From NCBI GenBank assembly GCA_025923995.1, contig JAICEW010000001.1, positions 4,513 to 68,512 of the forward strand: a stretch of DNA of 64,000 nt, in the 5' to 3' direction. The notes below the pieces were generated by a model. The model saw only the letters and a list, made by a program, of their open reading frames with translations, searched no databases and was not told where the DNA came from. Of the stretch, positions 52,646-62,506 are shown piece by piece. Each line of letters starts with the position of its first letter. Within the stretch, counting starts at the first letter, position 1. A program made the position numbers and the translations under genes. This DNA is from Vicinamibacteria bacterium. GTDB lineage: Bacteria; Acidobacteriota; Vicinamibacteria; Fen-336.

Positions 52646-53626
52646 TCAGGGCGCGGCCGCGGCGCCTTCGACGGCGGCCACCGCCTCCGGCCGCGGGAAG
52701 CACAGCCGGCGGAAGTTGCACCGCCGGCACCGGCGCGGCCGGTCGATCATGGGGAAGTCCTCGAGCCGGCCGCGGTTGCCGATCGGGTCGAGCAGCAGGG
52801 ACTTCATGGTGCCGGCACTCTTGAGGATGTACCGACGCGCGTGCTCCAGCTTCCGCGCGTCGACCGTGCGGCGCACGTAGCGCGGGACCGCGAGGTAGGC
52901 GAGCTCGGTGCGCAGCTCCTCGGGCGAGCCCACCCAGCCCTTCTCGGCCGCGCACAGCGCGTAGCCGGCCAGCTGGACCTCGCTGAAGCGGCCCTCGTTG
53001 CGGCCGGTCTTCCAGTCCACGATGACCACGCGGCCCGACCGGTCGCGGAACGCGAGGTCCATGCGCAGCAGGACCTCGACGTCGCCCACGTGGAAGGACA
53101 CCAGGTCCTCCACCGTGAGCCACTGCGCGCGGCCCACGGCGAACGCCTCGTGCAGCGTCTCCGAGCGGAAGAAGTTCCGCAGCGAGCGCATCACGATGCC
53201 CACCGCGATCTTCTTGTCCTCCGGCTCGACGGGCGTGCCGTATTCGTGCTCGAAGAGCCGGAACTCGGGCGAGGCCGCCTCGCTCAGCCGCCAGTCCGCG
53301 AGCATCCGCGAGTGGACGGCCGCCCGCACGATCGCCTCCTGCTCGGTCTCGGACGGCAGGGCGTCGCGCGTCTTCAGCAGCTCCTCGATCGTCTCGTGCA
53401 CCACGCTGCCCGCCCACAGTGGCAGCGCGGAGAGGCGCTTCAGGCGGCGGACTTCCTCGTCCTCGGGCGCCACGTAGTACGAATAGAAGTAGCGGCGGCG
53501 GCACGACTGGAACGCGTCGTGGCGCGAGATGGACCAGGAGAAGCCGCTGCGCGCGTCCGCCGGAGCGTCGCCGGGTGCCACGAGGTCCGTGTCGAGCGGA
53601 ACGACGTCGCTGGCGGGGGCGTCCAC
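52646..53626 (-). CDS. PD-(D/E)XK nuclease, RecB-family / Cas4-like with a 4-Cys Fe-S motif
   Basis: Nuclease motif VVIVDWKTG. Cys near the N-terminus (FQSCRRRY) plus a C-terminal CRRCNFRRLC (CxxCx5C) cluster. No CRISPR/cas context. Confidence 0.65.
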   Translation of the reverse strand: MDAPASDVVPLDTDLVAPGDAPADARSGFSWSISRHDAFQSCRRRYFYSYYVAPEDEEVRRLKRLSALPLWAGSVVHETIEELLKTRDALPSETEQEAIVRAAVHSRMLADWRLSEAASPEFRLFEHEYGTPVEPEDKKIAVGIVMRSLRNFFRSETLHEAFAVGRAQWLTVEDLVSFHVGDVEVLLRMDLAFRDRSGRVVIVDWKTGRNEGRFSEVQLAGYALCAAEKGWVGSPEELRTELAYLAVPRYVRRTVDARKLEHARRYILKSAGTMKSLLLDPIGNRGRLEDFPMIDRPRRCRRCNFRRLCFPRPEAVAAVEGAAAAP

Positions 53627-53663
53627 GGCCCGGAGGCTAACACGCGCCCCTGCCGGGCCGGGT

Positions 53664-55742
53664 CTATTTCGGGCTGACCGCGAGGGCGCGCTGGGCGGCG
53701 TCGAGCAGCGGCTGCGCGGAGAGGGGGGCGCCCACCGCCTGGCGCATCCAGGCGTCGGGCGTCACCGACCCGATGCGCGTGACCCGCTCGAACTCGGGGC
53801 CCAGCGGGCCCTTCACCTTCGCGAAGTGCTCCTCCACCTGAAACGCGATCAGGTGCCCCAGCCCGTAGTCGGGGAGGTAGAGGCCCGAGTCGACGGCGTG
53901 CGAGTAGATGCCGAGCAGCGTGACGTCGCGCTGTCCGAACAGCGAGGCGAAGTGGCGGTTCCAGACGTCCTTCGCGATCCCGACCACCGCCTCGCGGAAC
54001 CGGGCCGGCGTCGCGTCGGGGTTCGCGTAGAGCCAGCGCCAGGCGGCCATGTCCACGAGCCCCACCGCCGCGATCTCGCGCGTGGCCCAGAACTCCTCCA
54101 GCGCGCGCAGCCGTTGCGCCTCCGGGTCGGGCTCGCCCAGGCCGAGCAGGGGCAGGTCGCGCGCCTGGAAGACGAAGGCCAGCGCCTCGGTGAACGCGGT
54201 GTTGGGCACGCCCATCAGCAGCGTGTGGTCGATGGTGGAGACGGAGAACACCTGCTCGACGTTGTGGCCCATCTCGTGGATGGCGATGTTGTAGCCCTTG
54301 TAGTCCATGCCGCCCGCGCCGATGCGCGTGCGCAGGTGCGCCTTGTCGTCGCGGCGGGCGCCGCCGAAGGCGTGGCCCGAGCCACGCGCGGCCTCCACCA
54401 CGATCCGCGCGGCCAGGAAGCGCGCCTTCTCGTCGGAGAAGCCGAGGCCCTTCAGCAGGCGCGGGATGTCGGCCGCGTAGTCGGAGGGGCTGGGGTAGCG
54501 CTTGCGCGTCAGCGCGTCCAGGTCGGCCTCGGTGTGCTTCGCGCGCGGCTTGAACCCGGCGTACCAGATGTCGAAGGGCTCCAGCTTGCGGCCCAGGCGC
54601 TTCTCGATCAGGCGGGCGGTGGGCTCGGCCAGGGGTGACGTGAGCACCGCCTCCAGCAGCTTCGTGACCTCGGCCTCGGGGATCTCGCGATTCAGGTTGA
54701 ACCGCCGGTCGATGAAGGTGGGGTTGCGCGGATGGTACGGGTCGGCCTTGCGCTCGGCCTGGAACACCCCCATCCAGCGCCGGTAGCGCTCGTCGTCCTC
54801 GCCATCCCCCGACGGGGTCGCGATCGCGCCGCCGGGAGGATCGGCGTCCTTGACGGGAGACAGGACGACCGCGCCCGTCTCGGGTGTCCAATCCATGAGC
54901 GGGTTGTTCACGACCGCGGCCGGGATCGTCTGCCGCACGATCGCGTCCATCACCTTCGCGACCAGCCGCTGCTTCGGCGCGCCGTCGGAGTCGGCGTAGC
55001 GCGCCTTGATCTCGTCGCGCAGGTTCCAGTGGCTGAGCAGGCGCTGGCCGGCGGGGAAGAGGCGCTGGCCGTCCGCGGTCAGGACGTGGTGCGTGTAGAT
55101 GTTGTAGGCCGCGATGTAGGACCCCGCCTCGGCATAGGCCCGCGCGGTGGCGGCGTTGACCTCGGCCGGCACGCGCGTGTCGAAGCGCTGAGCGAGACGC
55201 GCCTCCGCCCACTGCCGACGCGTCCAGCCGCCACCGTCCTTGAGCCGCTGCTCGAGCGTCGTGAGCGGGAAGTTGAGCAGCGCCACGAACGCGATCCGCC
55301 CCTGGAAGAGGTCCTCGGACAGGTGCGCGCTGGGGTCGAAGCCCGCCAGCCGCTCGTCGAGCGGGATCAGCGGTCCGATCTCCAGGTCGGCGCCGCGGCG
55401 GAGGTCCCGGACCATCGACGTGAAATAGCCGCCCAGCGCCTCCAGCGCGGACTCGAGCCGCCCGAACGCCGCGTCCAGCGCCTCGCCCTTCGGCAGGAAC
55501 TCGGCGGCCACGAACGACCGGAACGCGGCGGCGTCGCCATCGGTGGCGCGCCACAGCGAGCGGACCTGGTCGACGCCGCGCTCGATGCGCGCGCGCTCGC
55601 CCTCCCCGTGCTTCGCCACGAGCGCCGCCTTGGCCTCGGCCGCGACCGCGTCGGTGACAGGGGAAGGCGGCTGCGCGGAGGCGGGGTCGGGTCGGGTCAT
55701 GGCGATCACCACGGAGAGGACGCGGAGCGAGTGCCTCGTCAT
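53664..55742 (-). CDS. secreted gluzincin metallopeptidase (HEMGH...E), peptidase M2 (ACE-like)-type
   Basis: IAIHEMGHNVEQ with FTEALAF 24 residues downstream (HExxH+E). Signal peptide MTRHSLRVLSVVIAMTRPDPASAQ. Start ATG 55742 preferred over 55775. Family assignment tentative. Confidence 0.55.
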   Translation of the reverse strand: MTRHSLRVLSVVIAMTRPDPASAQPPSPVTDAVAAEAKAALVAKHGEGERARIERGVDQVRSLWRATDGDAAAFRSFVAAEFLPKGEALDAAFGRLESALEALGGYFTSMVRDLRRGADLEIGPLIPLDERLAGFDPSAHLSEDLFQGRIAFVALLNFPLTTLEQRLKDGGGWTRRQWAEARLAQRFDTRVPAEVNAATARAYAEAGSYIAAYNIYTHHVLTADGQRLFPAGQRLLSHWNLRDEIKARYADSDGAPKQRLVAKVMDAIVRQTIPAAVVNNPLMDWTPETGAVVLSPVKDADPPGGAIATPSGDGEDDERYRRWMGVFQAERKADPYHPRNPTFIDRRFNLNREIPEAEVTKLLEAVLTSPLAEPTARLIEKRLGRKLEPFDIWYAGFKPRAKHTEADLDALTRKRYPSPSDYAADIPRLLKGLGFSDEKARFLAARIVVEAARGSGHAFGGARRDDKAHLRTRIGAGGMDYKGYNIAIHEMGHNVEQVFSVSTIDHTLLMGVPNTAFTEALAFVFQARDLPLLGLGEPDPEAQRLRALEEFWATREIAAVGLVDMAAWRWLYANPDATPARFREAVVGIAKDVWNRHFASLFGQRDVTLLGIYSHAVDSGLYLPDYGLGHLIAFQVEEHFAKVKGPLGPEFERVTRIGSVTPDAWMRQAVGAPLSAQPLLDAAQRALAVSPK

Positions 55743-55813
55743 GACGGCTATCCTACGCGGACTCGGCGCCGTCACGCGCTATCCTTGCGCGCAGGTTGCG
55801 ATCGGGAGGATCC

Positions 55814-57139
55814 ATGAAGCGCTTCCTGGGGCTGGCCCTGCTGCTGGCGGCGACGCCGGCGCGGGCGCAGGTGACCGCACTCGTGGGCGGCACGCTCGTC
55901 GACGGCACGCTGCGCGCGCCGATCGACGACAGCGTGGTGCTGATCGAGGGCCAGCGCATCAAGGCCGTGGGGCGGGTGGGCGAGCTGGCGGTGCCCCCCG
56001 GCGCGACCGTGGTCTCGACCGAGGGCATGACCGTGCTGCCCGGCCTGTGGGACATGCACGTGCACCTGATGATCAACGGGCACGCCGACTACACCCACTG
56101 GGACAAGACGTACCCCTCGCAGTTCCGCCCGGTGATCATGCCCGCCTCCGCGAAGCAGCTCCTGCACGCGGGGGTCACCGGCGCGCGCGACCTGGGCGGG
56201 CCGCTCGAGGACTCGATCGCCGTGCGCAAGGCGATCGCGGACGGCGCCATCGAGGGGCCGACGCTGTTCGTGTCTGGTCCGTTCATCCAGAAGAAGCCGT
56301 ACCCGGGCACCGAGCTGTTCCGCTGGGGCGTCGACGGCGCCGCGGACGCGCGGGCGAAGGTCAAGCGCCTGGCGGACGCGGGCGTCGACGTGATCAAGCT
56401 CATCGACCAGGACGAGATGACGGTGGCCGAGGTGGAGGCGGTCGTGGCCGAGGCCCACGCGCACAAGCTGCCGGTCGTCGCGCACTCGCACCGGCCGGAG
56501 GAGATCCGGCGCGGCCTGGCGGCGGGCGCCGACTGCTTCGAGCACACGGGCCTCTCGGCCGCGCCCGAGTACCCCGAGGACGTGATCGCCGCCCTGCGCG
56601 CGCGCACGTCGCAGATGTCGAAGGGGCCGCTGTTCTGGACGCCCACCATCGAGGGGCTCTGGAACTTCCCCTACGTCGTCCAGCACCACGAGTTCCTGGA
56701 CAACACGTCGTGGCACGAGGGGCTGACGCCCGAGATCGTCGCGGACATCAAGCGGTCGATCGCGCACCCCGAGCGCATCGCCTACTTCCAGCAGACGCCG
56801 CAGCGCTTCCCGACGCTCAAGCGGAAGTTCCAGCAGCTGCGGGAGTCGGGCGTGGTGATGCTCGTCGGCACGGACTCGGGCATTCCGATGAAGTTCCACA
56901 GCCAGAGCACGTGGAACGAGCTGGACGTGTGGGTGCGCGAGCTGGGCGTGCCCGCGCTGGACGCGATCCGGTCGGCCACCTACTGGCCCGCGGTCGCGAT
57001 GAAGCGCGACGCCGACTACGGGACCGTGACCGAGGGCAAGTACGCCGACGTGATCGCGGTGCGCGGCGACGTGCTGAAGCACATCGCCCTGCTCCAGCGG
57101 GTGGACCTGGTCATCAAGCACGGCCGGCGCGTGAAGTAG
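55814..57139 (+). CDS. amidohydrolase-family metallo-dependent hydrolase (secreted)
   Basis: HVHLM metal-binding motif, downstream His/Asp ligands, TIM-barrel-hydrolase length. Signal peptide MKRFLGLALLLAATPARAQ. GGGAGGA RBS. Confidence 0.8.
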   Translation: MKRFLGLALLLAATPARAQVTALVGGTLVDGTLRAPIDDSVVLIEGQRIKAVGRVGELAVPPGATVVSTEGMTVLPGLWDMHVHLMINGHADYTHWDKTYPSQFRPVIMPASAKQLLHAGVTGARDLGGPLEDSIAVRKAIADGAIEGPTLFVSGPFIQKKPYPGTELFRWGVDGAADARAKVKRLADAGVDVIKLIDQDEMTVAEVEAVVAEAHAHKLPVVAHSHRPEEIRRGLAAGADCFEHTGLSAAPEYPEDVIAALRARTSQMSKGPLFWTPTIEGLWNFPYVVQHHEFLDNTSWHEGLTPEIVADIKRSIAHPERIAYFQQTPQRFPTLKRKFQQLRESGVVMLVGTDSGIPMKFHSQSTWNELDVWVRELGVPALDAIRSATYWPAVAMKRDADYGTVTEGKYADVIAVRGDVLKHIALLQRVDLVIKHGRRVK

Positions 57140-57148
57140 CGCTCAGCG

Positions 57149-57601
57149 CTAGACGGTCTCGAAGGCCACCTCCGCACCGCGGACGCGCAGCAGGTAGCGC
57201 GCGACGTCGATGCCGGGAACGATGCGGTCCACGGCCAGGACCGCCTTCCGCAGGTCGTCGACCTGCTCCGCCTCGGCCTCGTCCGGCGTCAACCGGAGCC
57301 GGTGCGAGTAGTAGGCGCATCCCACGTGGGCGATGAGGACGACCTTGCGGATCTCGTGGACCTGCGCGAGGAATCGGAGCTGCTCCTCCACTCCCCGCGC
57401 CTCCCAGTGCGCGGCGAGGCGCCCTGTGAGCGCCACCGGACCGCCCGGACACGCCAGCCGGTCGTAGCGGGGGAGGCCGAGGCCGTTGTGGAGGAAGTCG
57501 TCCACGTGATCGCCCAGGCGGCCGTCGGAGCAGTAGACCGCGGCCGCGTAGATCCGCGCCGGCTCGTAGGGCAGCGCGCTCAGGTACCGCGGAGCCGTCA
57601 T
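57149..57601 (-). CDS. hypothetical 150-aa protein with beta-carbonic-anhydrase-like CSDGR / H..GC motifs
   Basis: AVYCSDGRL and IAHVGCAYY resemble the CxDxR / HxxC zinc ligands of the beta-CA fold. ATGA overlap with the preceding DinB_2 gene. Confidence 0.4.
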   Translation of the reverse strand: MTAPRYLSALPYEPARIYAAAVYCSDGRLGDHVDDFLHNGLGLPRYDRLACPGGPVALTGRLAAHWEARGVEEQLRFLAQVHEIRKVVLIAHVGCAYYSHRLRLTPDEAEAEQVDDLRKAVLAVDRIVPGIDVARYLLRVRGAEVAFETV

Positions 57602-58152
57602 CGGGCCGTCCGGCGTGGCCGATCACGCGCGGGCCGCGCCGCGGACTCCCTGGCGCGCTGCTTCCACTGCCACAGGCCGTGCCGGACCTCGGGAGGCAGC
57701 CGGTAGCCGAGGTGTCGGGCGGCCAGGCAGAGCTGTCCGCGATGGTGCGCCTCGTGCGACACGAAGTAGCTCAGGAAGTGCGCGAGGTCGGTGGGGAAGT
57801 TCTGCCAGGTCGCGGGGGGAACCGCGCCGCCCCGGGAGAGCCCGAGATCGATCAGCCTCAGCATGCCGTCGCTGCTCCTTGAAAGGGCTCGCACCAGCTC
57901 GCGCGGCCGCACGCGGCGCGCGGCGACCCGCTCCGGCGCCTGGACGCCGTGGCGCGCGCCGATGCTCTTGATCCACATGCAGCGCGCGTTGTGGATGTGG
58001 GCCGCCAGCATCCCGAAGGTCCAACGCGGGTTCCCCGGGACGCGCTCGGACCAGAGCGGGGCGGGCAGCCCCTCGACGAGGAAGCGCGTGACCCGGTCGT
58101 TGGTTCGCCACGCGTCCGCCAGCGCCCGGCCCAGGTCGAGTCCTTCCGCCAT
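57598..58152 (-). CDS. DinB/YfiT-like (DinB_2 superfamily) metal-dependent protein
   Basis: Four-helix-bundle family signature ...FLSYFVSHEAHHRGQL. 13 nt after polB. Confidence 0.7.
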   Translation of the reverse strand: MAEGLDLGRALADAWRTNDRVTRFLVEGLPAPLWSERVPGNPRWTFGMLAAHIHNARCMWIKSIGARHGVQAPERVAARRVRPRELVRALSRSSDGMLRLIDLGLSRGGAVPPATWQNFPTDLAHFLSYFVSHEAHHRGQLCLAARHLGYRLPPEVRHGLWQWKQRARESAARPARDRPRRTAR

Positions 58153-58165
58153 CCGCCACCTCCCG

Positions 58166-60475
58166 TCAGAAGGCCAGGCTCAGCTGCCTCTCGTCGCCCA
58201 CGACGCGCGCGAAGTCGAGGCCGAGCAGCGCCAGCACCGGCTCCGCCACCGCGCGCACCTGCTTCTGCACGTAGTGCTCGTGGTCGATCGGGTGCGCTCG
58301 CGACGCCGCGGGCTCCGCTCCCGCCGTGGTGATCACGTAGGCCACGCGGCCCCGCGCGCGGCGGCCCTGCTTGCGCGCGGCGGCGACGTGCGGCGGGGTC
58401 GTCGCCGTGTAGGACTCGGGGGCCTTGCGCAGGACCTTGCGGTACACGAGCCGGTCGTCGTGGCGCCCGGCGCGCAGCTCCGCGACCAGCCCGCGCAGCC
58501 ACTCGTCCACCGGCTGGTCCGCGAACAGCCGCGCGTAGAGCTCCCGCTGCACGTCGCGCGCGAGCGGCGTCCAGTCGCCCCGCACGGCCTCCATGCCGGT
58601 GAAGAGGACGCGCCCGTCGTCCACCAGCCCGACGTAACGCTTGCGCGCCCCGCCGCCGCCGTGGCGCATCTGCGGGAAGAACAGCCGGCGGTAGAGGCGG
58701 TCGAACGTGAGGTCCAGCCGGCTCTCCACCTGCCAGCGGGAGCGGACGTGTTCCGCGAGGTCGCGGTTGAGTCGCAAGGCCAGGCGGACGCCCCAGGCGC
58801 GCGCCGCTTCGGGGTCGGGCTCGCCCGTCTCGACGAAGAGGCTGTCGGTGTCGCCGTAGAGCACGCGCCGTCCGTCCGACTCGATGCGGTCGCGGCACCA
58901 CAGCAGCAGCTCCTGGCCGAAGCTCGTGATGGCGTTGGCCAGCCGCGGCTCGTAGAAGCGGCAGGCCGGCGTGCCCAGCACGCCGTAGAACGAGTTCATC
59001 AGGATCTTGATGGCGTGGCTCTTCACGCCGTCGCCGGCGCGCCGCGCCGCCTCGCGCCTGGGCATGAGGTCGTCGAGCAGCTCGGTCAGGATGCCGCGCT
59101 CGCGGCGGAAGGCGGCGCCATTGGGCGCCAGGAGCGCGTCGGGAACGGAGCCCGAGCGCACCAGGTTCAGCGGGTCGATCTGGAACGTCCGGATCACGGT
59201 GGGATAGAGGCTGCGGAAGTCCAGCACGGCCACGTTCGCGTGCAGCCCCGCCGCCGGCTCCATCACGTAGCCGCCGGCCTGCGGCTCGTCCTCGACCGCG
59301 GACGAGCCCACGGTCGGAGCGACCACTCCGCGCCGCCCCAGCTCGGTCAGGTAGCGGAAGTCGAAGGCCGCGATCGCGGAGCTGACGCGGTCGAGCGGCA
59401 TGCCCGTGAGCAGGCTGCGCGCAACCGCCAGCTCGACCACCCGCAGCTTCTCCAGGATCTCGAGCGCCAGGCGGGCGTCCGTCCGGTTGTACTCGACGAA
59501 GCGGGCGCGGTCGTCCCGGTAGAGGCGCAGGACCTCCTGCGCACGCGCACGGCCCGAGAGGCGGCGGCTGTCGATGGCCTTGCCCTCGCCCAGTACGGTG
59601 CGGGCCACGGCGTCCAGCCCGTAGTCCTCCATCCTGATGAAAGCGCCCCGCAGGAGCTGGATTCCGTCCAGCACCACACGGCCGGGGACGTGCACCTGGC
59701 GCATCGCGCGCGGGCCGATGCCCGGACGGACGTGCAGGCCCTCGGGCCCGCGCCCCAGGGCCAGCGACAGGCCGTTGCGCCAGGCCGCGCGCGCGAGCAC
59801 CGCGAAGTCGAAGTCCACCACGTTCCAGCCGGTCAGCACGTCGGGGTCGATCGCGTGCACGCGCTGCTCGAACGCCTGCAGCATCTCCCGCTCGCTCGCG
59901 CAGGAGACGGCGCCCGGTCCTCCGCCGAGGGCCAGCACCTCGGAGGTGCCGTCTCCGTGGAGCGCGATGGAAAGGACGGTGCGCGCCTGCGGGTCGGTCT
60001 CGATGTCGAGCGACAGGACCCGCAGGCGCGGCGACCACTCCGCGGGTCGGACGTCGGGGTCGTCGAAGACGACGCCGAACGCGGGATCCTCGCGAGCCTC
60101 GCCCGCGATCGCCAGGGCGCCCCGGATTCCACGGTCGATGAGGTAGCGCATGGCGAAGCGGACGTCGGCCTCGTGGCACGCGATGCCCTGGCGCAACAGG
60201 CGGTCCCGCAGCAGGGGCGCGTCGGCCGGCAGCGCGACCTCGACGCGGCTCACCGGCTGCCCGGTCATCGTGACCCGCGCTTCCGGCGTGAGCGGGCCGG
60301 CGCCGAGCGAGCGCGCGCGCCCGGCGTCGCGCGTCTCCACGTGGAAGCGCGGGATCTCGCGGCCGTCGCGCACCAGGAAGGGCCGACCGTCCTCCAGCCG
60401 GCCGAAGAGGTGCACGACCGCTCGTCCCGCGGAGGTGCGATAGGTCGGCTCCAGGATGAAGCCGCGGACCGCCAT
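58166..60475 (-). CDS. polB: family B DNA polymerase (DNA polymerase II)
   Basis: Exo I LSLDIETD, motif A DFRSLYPTVI, motif C YGDTDS, KILMNSFYG (motif B). Confidence 0.9.
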   Translation of the reverse strand: MAVRGFILEPTYRTSAGRAVVHLFGRLEDGRPFLVRDGREIPRFHVETRDAGRARSLGAGPLTPEARVTMTGQPVSRVEVALPADAPLLRDRLLRQGIACHEADVRFAMRYLIDRGIRGALAIAGEAREDPAFGVVFDDPDVRPAEWSPRLRVLSLDIETDPQARTVLSIALHGDGTSEVLALGGGPGAVSCASEREMLQAFEQRVHAIDPDVLTGWNVVDFDFAVLARAAWRNGLSLALGRGPEGLHVRPGIGPRAMRQVHVPGRVVLDGIQLLRGAFIRMEDYGLDAVARTVLGEGKAIDSRRLSGRARAQEVLRLYRDDRARFVEYNRTDARLALEILEKLRVVELAVARSLLTGMPLDRVSSAIAAFDFRYLTELGRRGVVAPTVGSSAVEDEPQAGGYVMEPAAGLHANVAVLDFRSLYPTVIRTFQIDPLNLVRSGSVPDALLAPNGAAFRRERGILTELLDDLMPRREAARRAGDGVKSHAIKILMNSFYGVLGTPACRFYEPRLANAITSFGQELLLWCRDRIESDGRRVLYGDTDSLFVETGEPDPEAARAWGVRLALRLNRDLAEHVRSRWQVESRLDLTFDRLYRRLFFPQMRHGGGGARKRYVGLVDDGRVLFTGMEAVRGDWTPLARDVQRELYARLFADQPVDEWLRGLVAELRAGRHDDRLVYRKVLRKAPESYTATTPPHVAAARKQGRRARGRVAYVITTAGAEPAASRAHPIDHEHYVQKQVRAVAEPVLALLGLDFARVVGDERQLSLAF

Positions 60476-60502
60476 GCCGAGAGCCTACCGCGAGCGGCGG
60501 CG

Positions 60503-62506
60503 CTACCGGGGCAGGCTGCGGACCTCGTCGTCGAGCGCGCGCGCCTCGGCGGGAAGCGGCGGACGCCCGGCGAACGCCGCGTGGTACACGGCCTGGACCA
60601 CCCGCTCGCTGGCGCTGCGCAGCTCGGCCGAGAGGGCCTGCGCCGGCATGGCGTCGAGGTGCTCGCGCAGGCCACGCGACGGCGGCCGCGGCCGGCCGGC
60701 ACGCGCCCAGTCCTCCTCGATCCGCGCCAGCGCGGCCTCCAGCTCGGGCGCGAGCGTGGCGCGCGGCCGCTCGGGGGGGCTCCCGGGCGGGGGGCGCAGG
60801 CGCACGAGCGCCAGCACGACCAGGGCCGCGGAGAGCGCGCCGAGCACGACCCGATGGTGCACCGTGAGGAGGCGGCCCAGCTCGGCGAAGCCCGACGTCA
60901 TCCGCGGCCAGCTCTCCTGCCACCAGCGGGCCCAGGCCTGCGCGACGCCGGCGGCCGCGCGCTCCCACAGCGTGGCGAGGAAGCCGGGCGGCACCGCCGG
61001 ATGCGTGGCCGCCCAGCCGTCCGGGGGCGTGGGATCCACTTCCGTCCAGCCCGTCTCCGCGGTCCACACCTCCGCCCAGGCGTGCGCGTCCCACTCGCGC
61101 ACGACGTAGTGCGAGCCCACGAGCGCGTCGTGCCGCACGGCGACGCCCTTCACGTACCGGGCGGGCACGCCCTGGAGGCGGAGCAGGACCACGGCCGCGG
61201 TCGCGAAGTACTCGCAGTAGCCGGCGCGCTTGTCGAACAGGAACTCCGCCAGCGGGTCGCGCGAGACGAAGCGGTCGATGTCGAGGGTGTAGCGGTAGCG
61301 CGTGCGCAGGTGGTCGACGGTGCGGGCCACCACGGCGCGTCCGGGCGCCTCGCCTGCCCGGAGCGAGTCCGCCAGCTCGCGCAGGCGCGGGTCGACGCGG
61401 ACAGGCAGCGACAGCTCGAGGTCGGTGGGCGGCACCGCGACGCCGGCCAGCGGACGGTTGGCGACGCCGTAGAGCTGTGCCCAGGAGCCGCCCGTCGTGA
61501 TGAGGCCGCGGTCGTCCATCGCCACGCCCTCGTCGGGCCAGGCGAGGAACAGCGGCCCGCTGGGCGCGAGCAGCCCCCAGCCGTCGTCCATCCACAGCTC
61601 GGGCATGACGCGCGTCTCCGCCAGGCCGCCGACACGGCTCGGGGCGGGGCCGCTCGCGTAGGTCAAGCCGGGCACGGAGGCGAGCAGCGGTCCCAGCCGG
61701 CCACGCGCGACGGGCTCCAGGCGGCGTCCGGCACGGGGGAACGCGGCCCATCGTCGTCCGTCGAACTGCGCGAACACCTGCATGCGCAGCAGCTGGGGCC
61801 GGTCGGTCCACACGCGCGCCACCACCCGGCGCGACCGCGCGAGCGACGCGACCTCGCCCAGCTCCGAGCGGTCGGAGAGCCCGGTCTGGCCCCACCGATA
61901 CGCGCGCGCGAGCATCTCCTGGACGACCGGCTGGGCCGCCGGGAGGAGCCAGACGATGCCGGCGGCCAGCACGAGGCTGGCCGCGCCGGCGACGACGACG
62001 GGCAGGCCGGCCCGTCGCGGGCCGCCGGTGCGGAAGGCGTCGATCCAGGCGGCCAGGCCCGCCGTGCCGGCCAGCCAGACGTATCCGGGCGCGTTGCGCT
62101 CGAGCCCTGCCGCCACCAGCACGCCCGCCAGGGCGAGCACGAGGTGGGTGTGCACGCGCAGCGCGCGCCGGCTGGCGAGGAAGCCCAGCGCCAGCAGCAC
62201 GAGCGCGCCGCCGACGACGGCGCCCAGGCGCCGCGCGTCGGTGTGGCGCAGGAGCGGGAACTGCCGCGCGAACACGACCAGCGAGCCGGCCGCGATCAGC
62301 AGCAGGCGCAGGACAAGGCCGGCTCCACGCGCGACGCGTGGCGACACGGCGGGAATGCGGACGGCCCAGGCGAGCGCGGCCAGGGCGCAGGCCCCCACCG
62401 CAGTTCCCCAGCGCAGCCCGGCCGGCGCGCCCTGGAGGTAGGCGAGGGCATACGCGCTGAGCGCCGCCGCGGTGGCCACGGCCAGCTCCACGCGGCCCGA
62501 GCTCAC
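60503..62506 (-). CDS. membrane transglutaminase-like protein (TgpA-type: multi-TM N-terminus, transglutaminase core, C-terminal TM)
   Basis: Cys-His-Asp core: GYCEYFATAAVVLLRLQGVPARYVKG ... DAHAWAEVW ... WTEVDPT. GTG start at 62506 overlapping the DUF58 stop (GTGA). The upstream ~300 codons in the ORF track are Arg/Gly-rich junk. Confidence 0.8.
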   Translation of the reverse strand: MSSGRVELAVATAAALSAYALAYLQGAPAGLRWGTAVGACALAALAWAVRIPAVSPRVARGAGLVLRLLLIAAGSLVVFARQFPLLRHTDARRLGAVVGGALVLLALGFLASRRALRVHTHLVLALAGVLVAAGLERNAPGYVWLAGTAGLAAWIDAFRTGGPRRAGLPVVVAGAASLVLAAGIVWLLPAAQPVVQEMLARAYRWGQTGLSDRSELGEVASLARSRRVVARVWTDRPQLLRMQVFAQFDGRRWAAFPRAGRRLEPVARGRLGPLLASVPGLTYASGPAPSRVGGLAETRVMPELWMDDGWGLLAPSGPLFLAWPDEGVAMDDRGLITTGGSWAQLYGVANRPLAGVAVPPTDLELSLPVRVDPRLRELADSLRAGEAPGRAVVARTVDHLRTRYRYTLDIDRFVSRDPLAEFLFDKRAGYCEYFATAAVVLLRLQGVPARYVKGVAVRHDALVGSHYVVREWDAHAWAEVWTAETGWTEVDPTPPDGWAATHPAVPPGFLATLWERAAAGVAQAWARWWQESWPRMTSGFAELGRLLTVHHRVVLGALSAALVVLALVRLRPPPGSPPERPRATLAPELEAALARIEEDWARAGRPRPPSRGLREHLDAMPAQALSAELRSASERVVQAVYHAAFAGRPPLPAEARALDDEVRSLPR

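Noticed and set aside
52631-52650. TAGGGCCGGCCCTCA between convergent DLH and nuclease genes, and TAGCGCTCAGCGCTAG at 57137-57152, as terminators
   Set aside because: Palindromes without a loop (GGCCGGCC; AGCGCT x2) cannot form hairpins. Noted as curiosities only.
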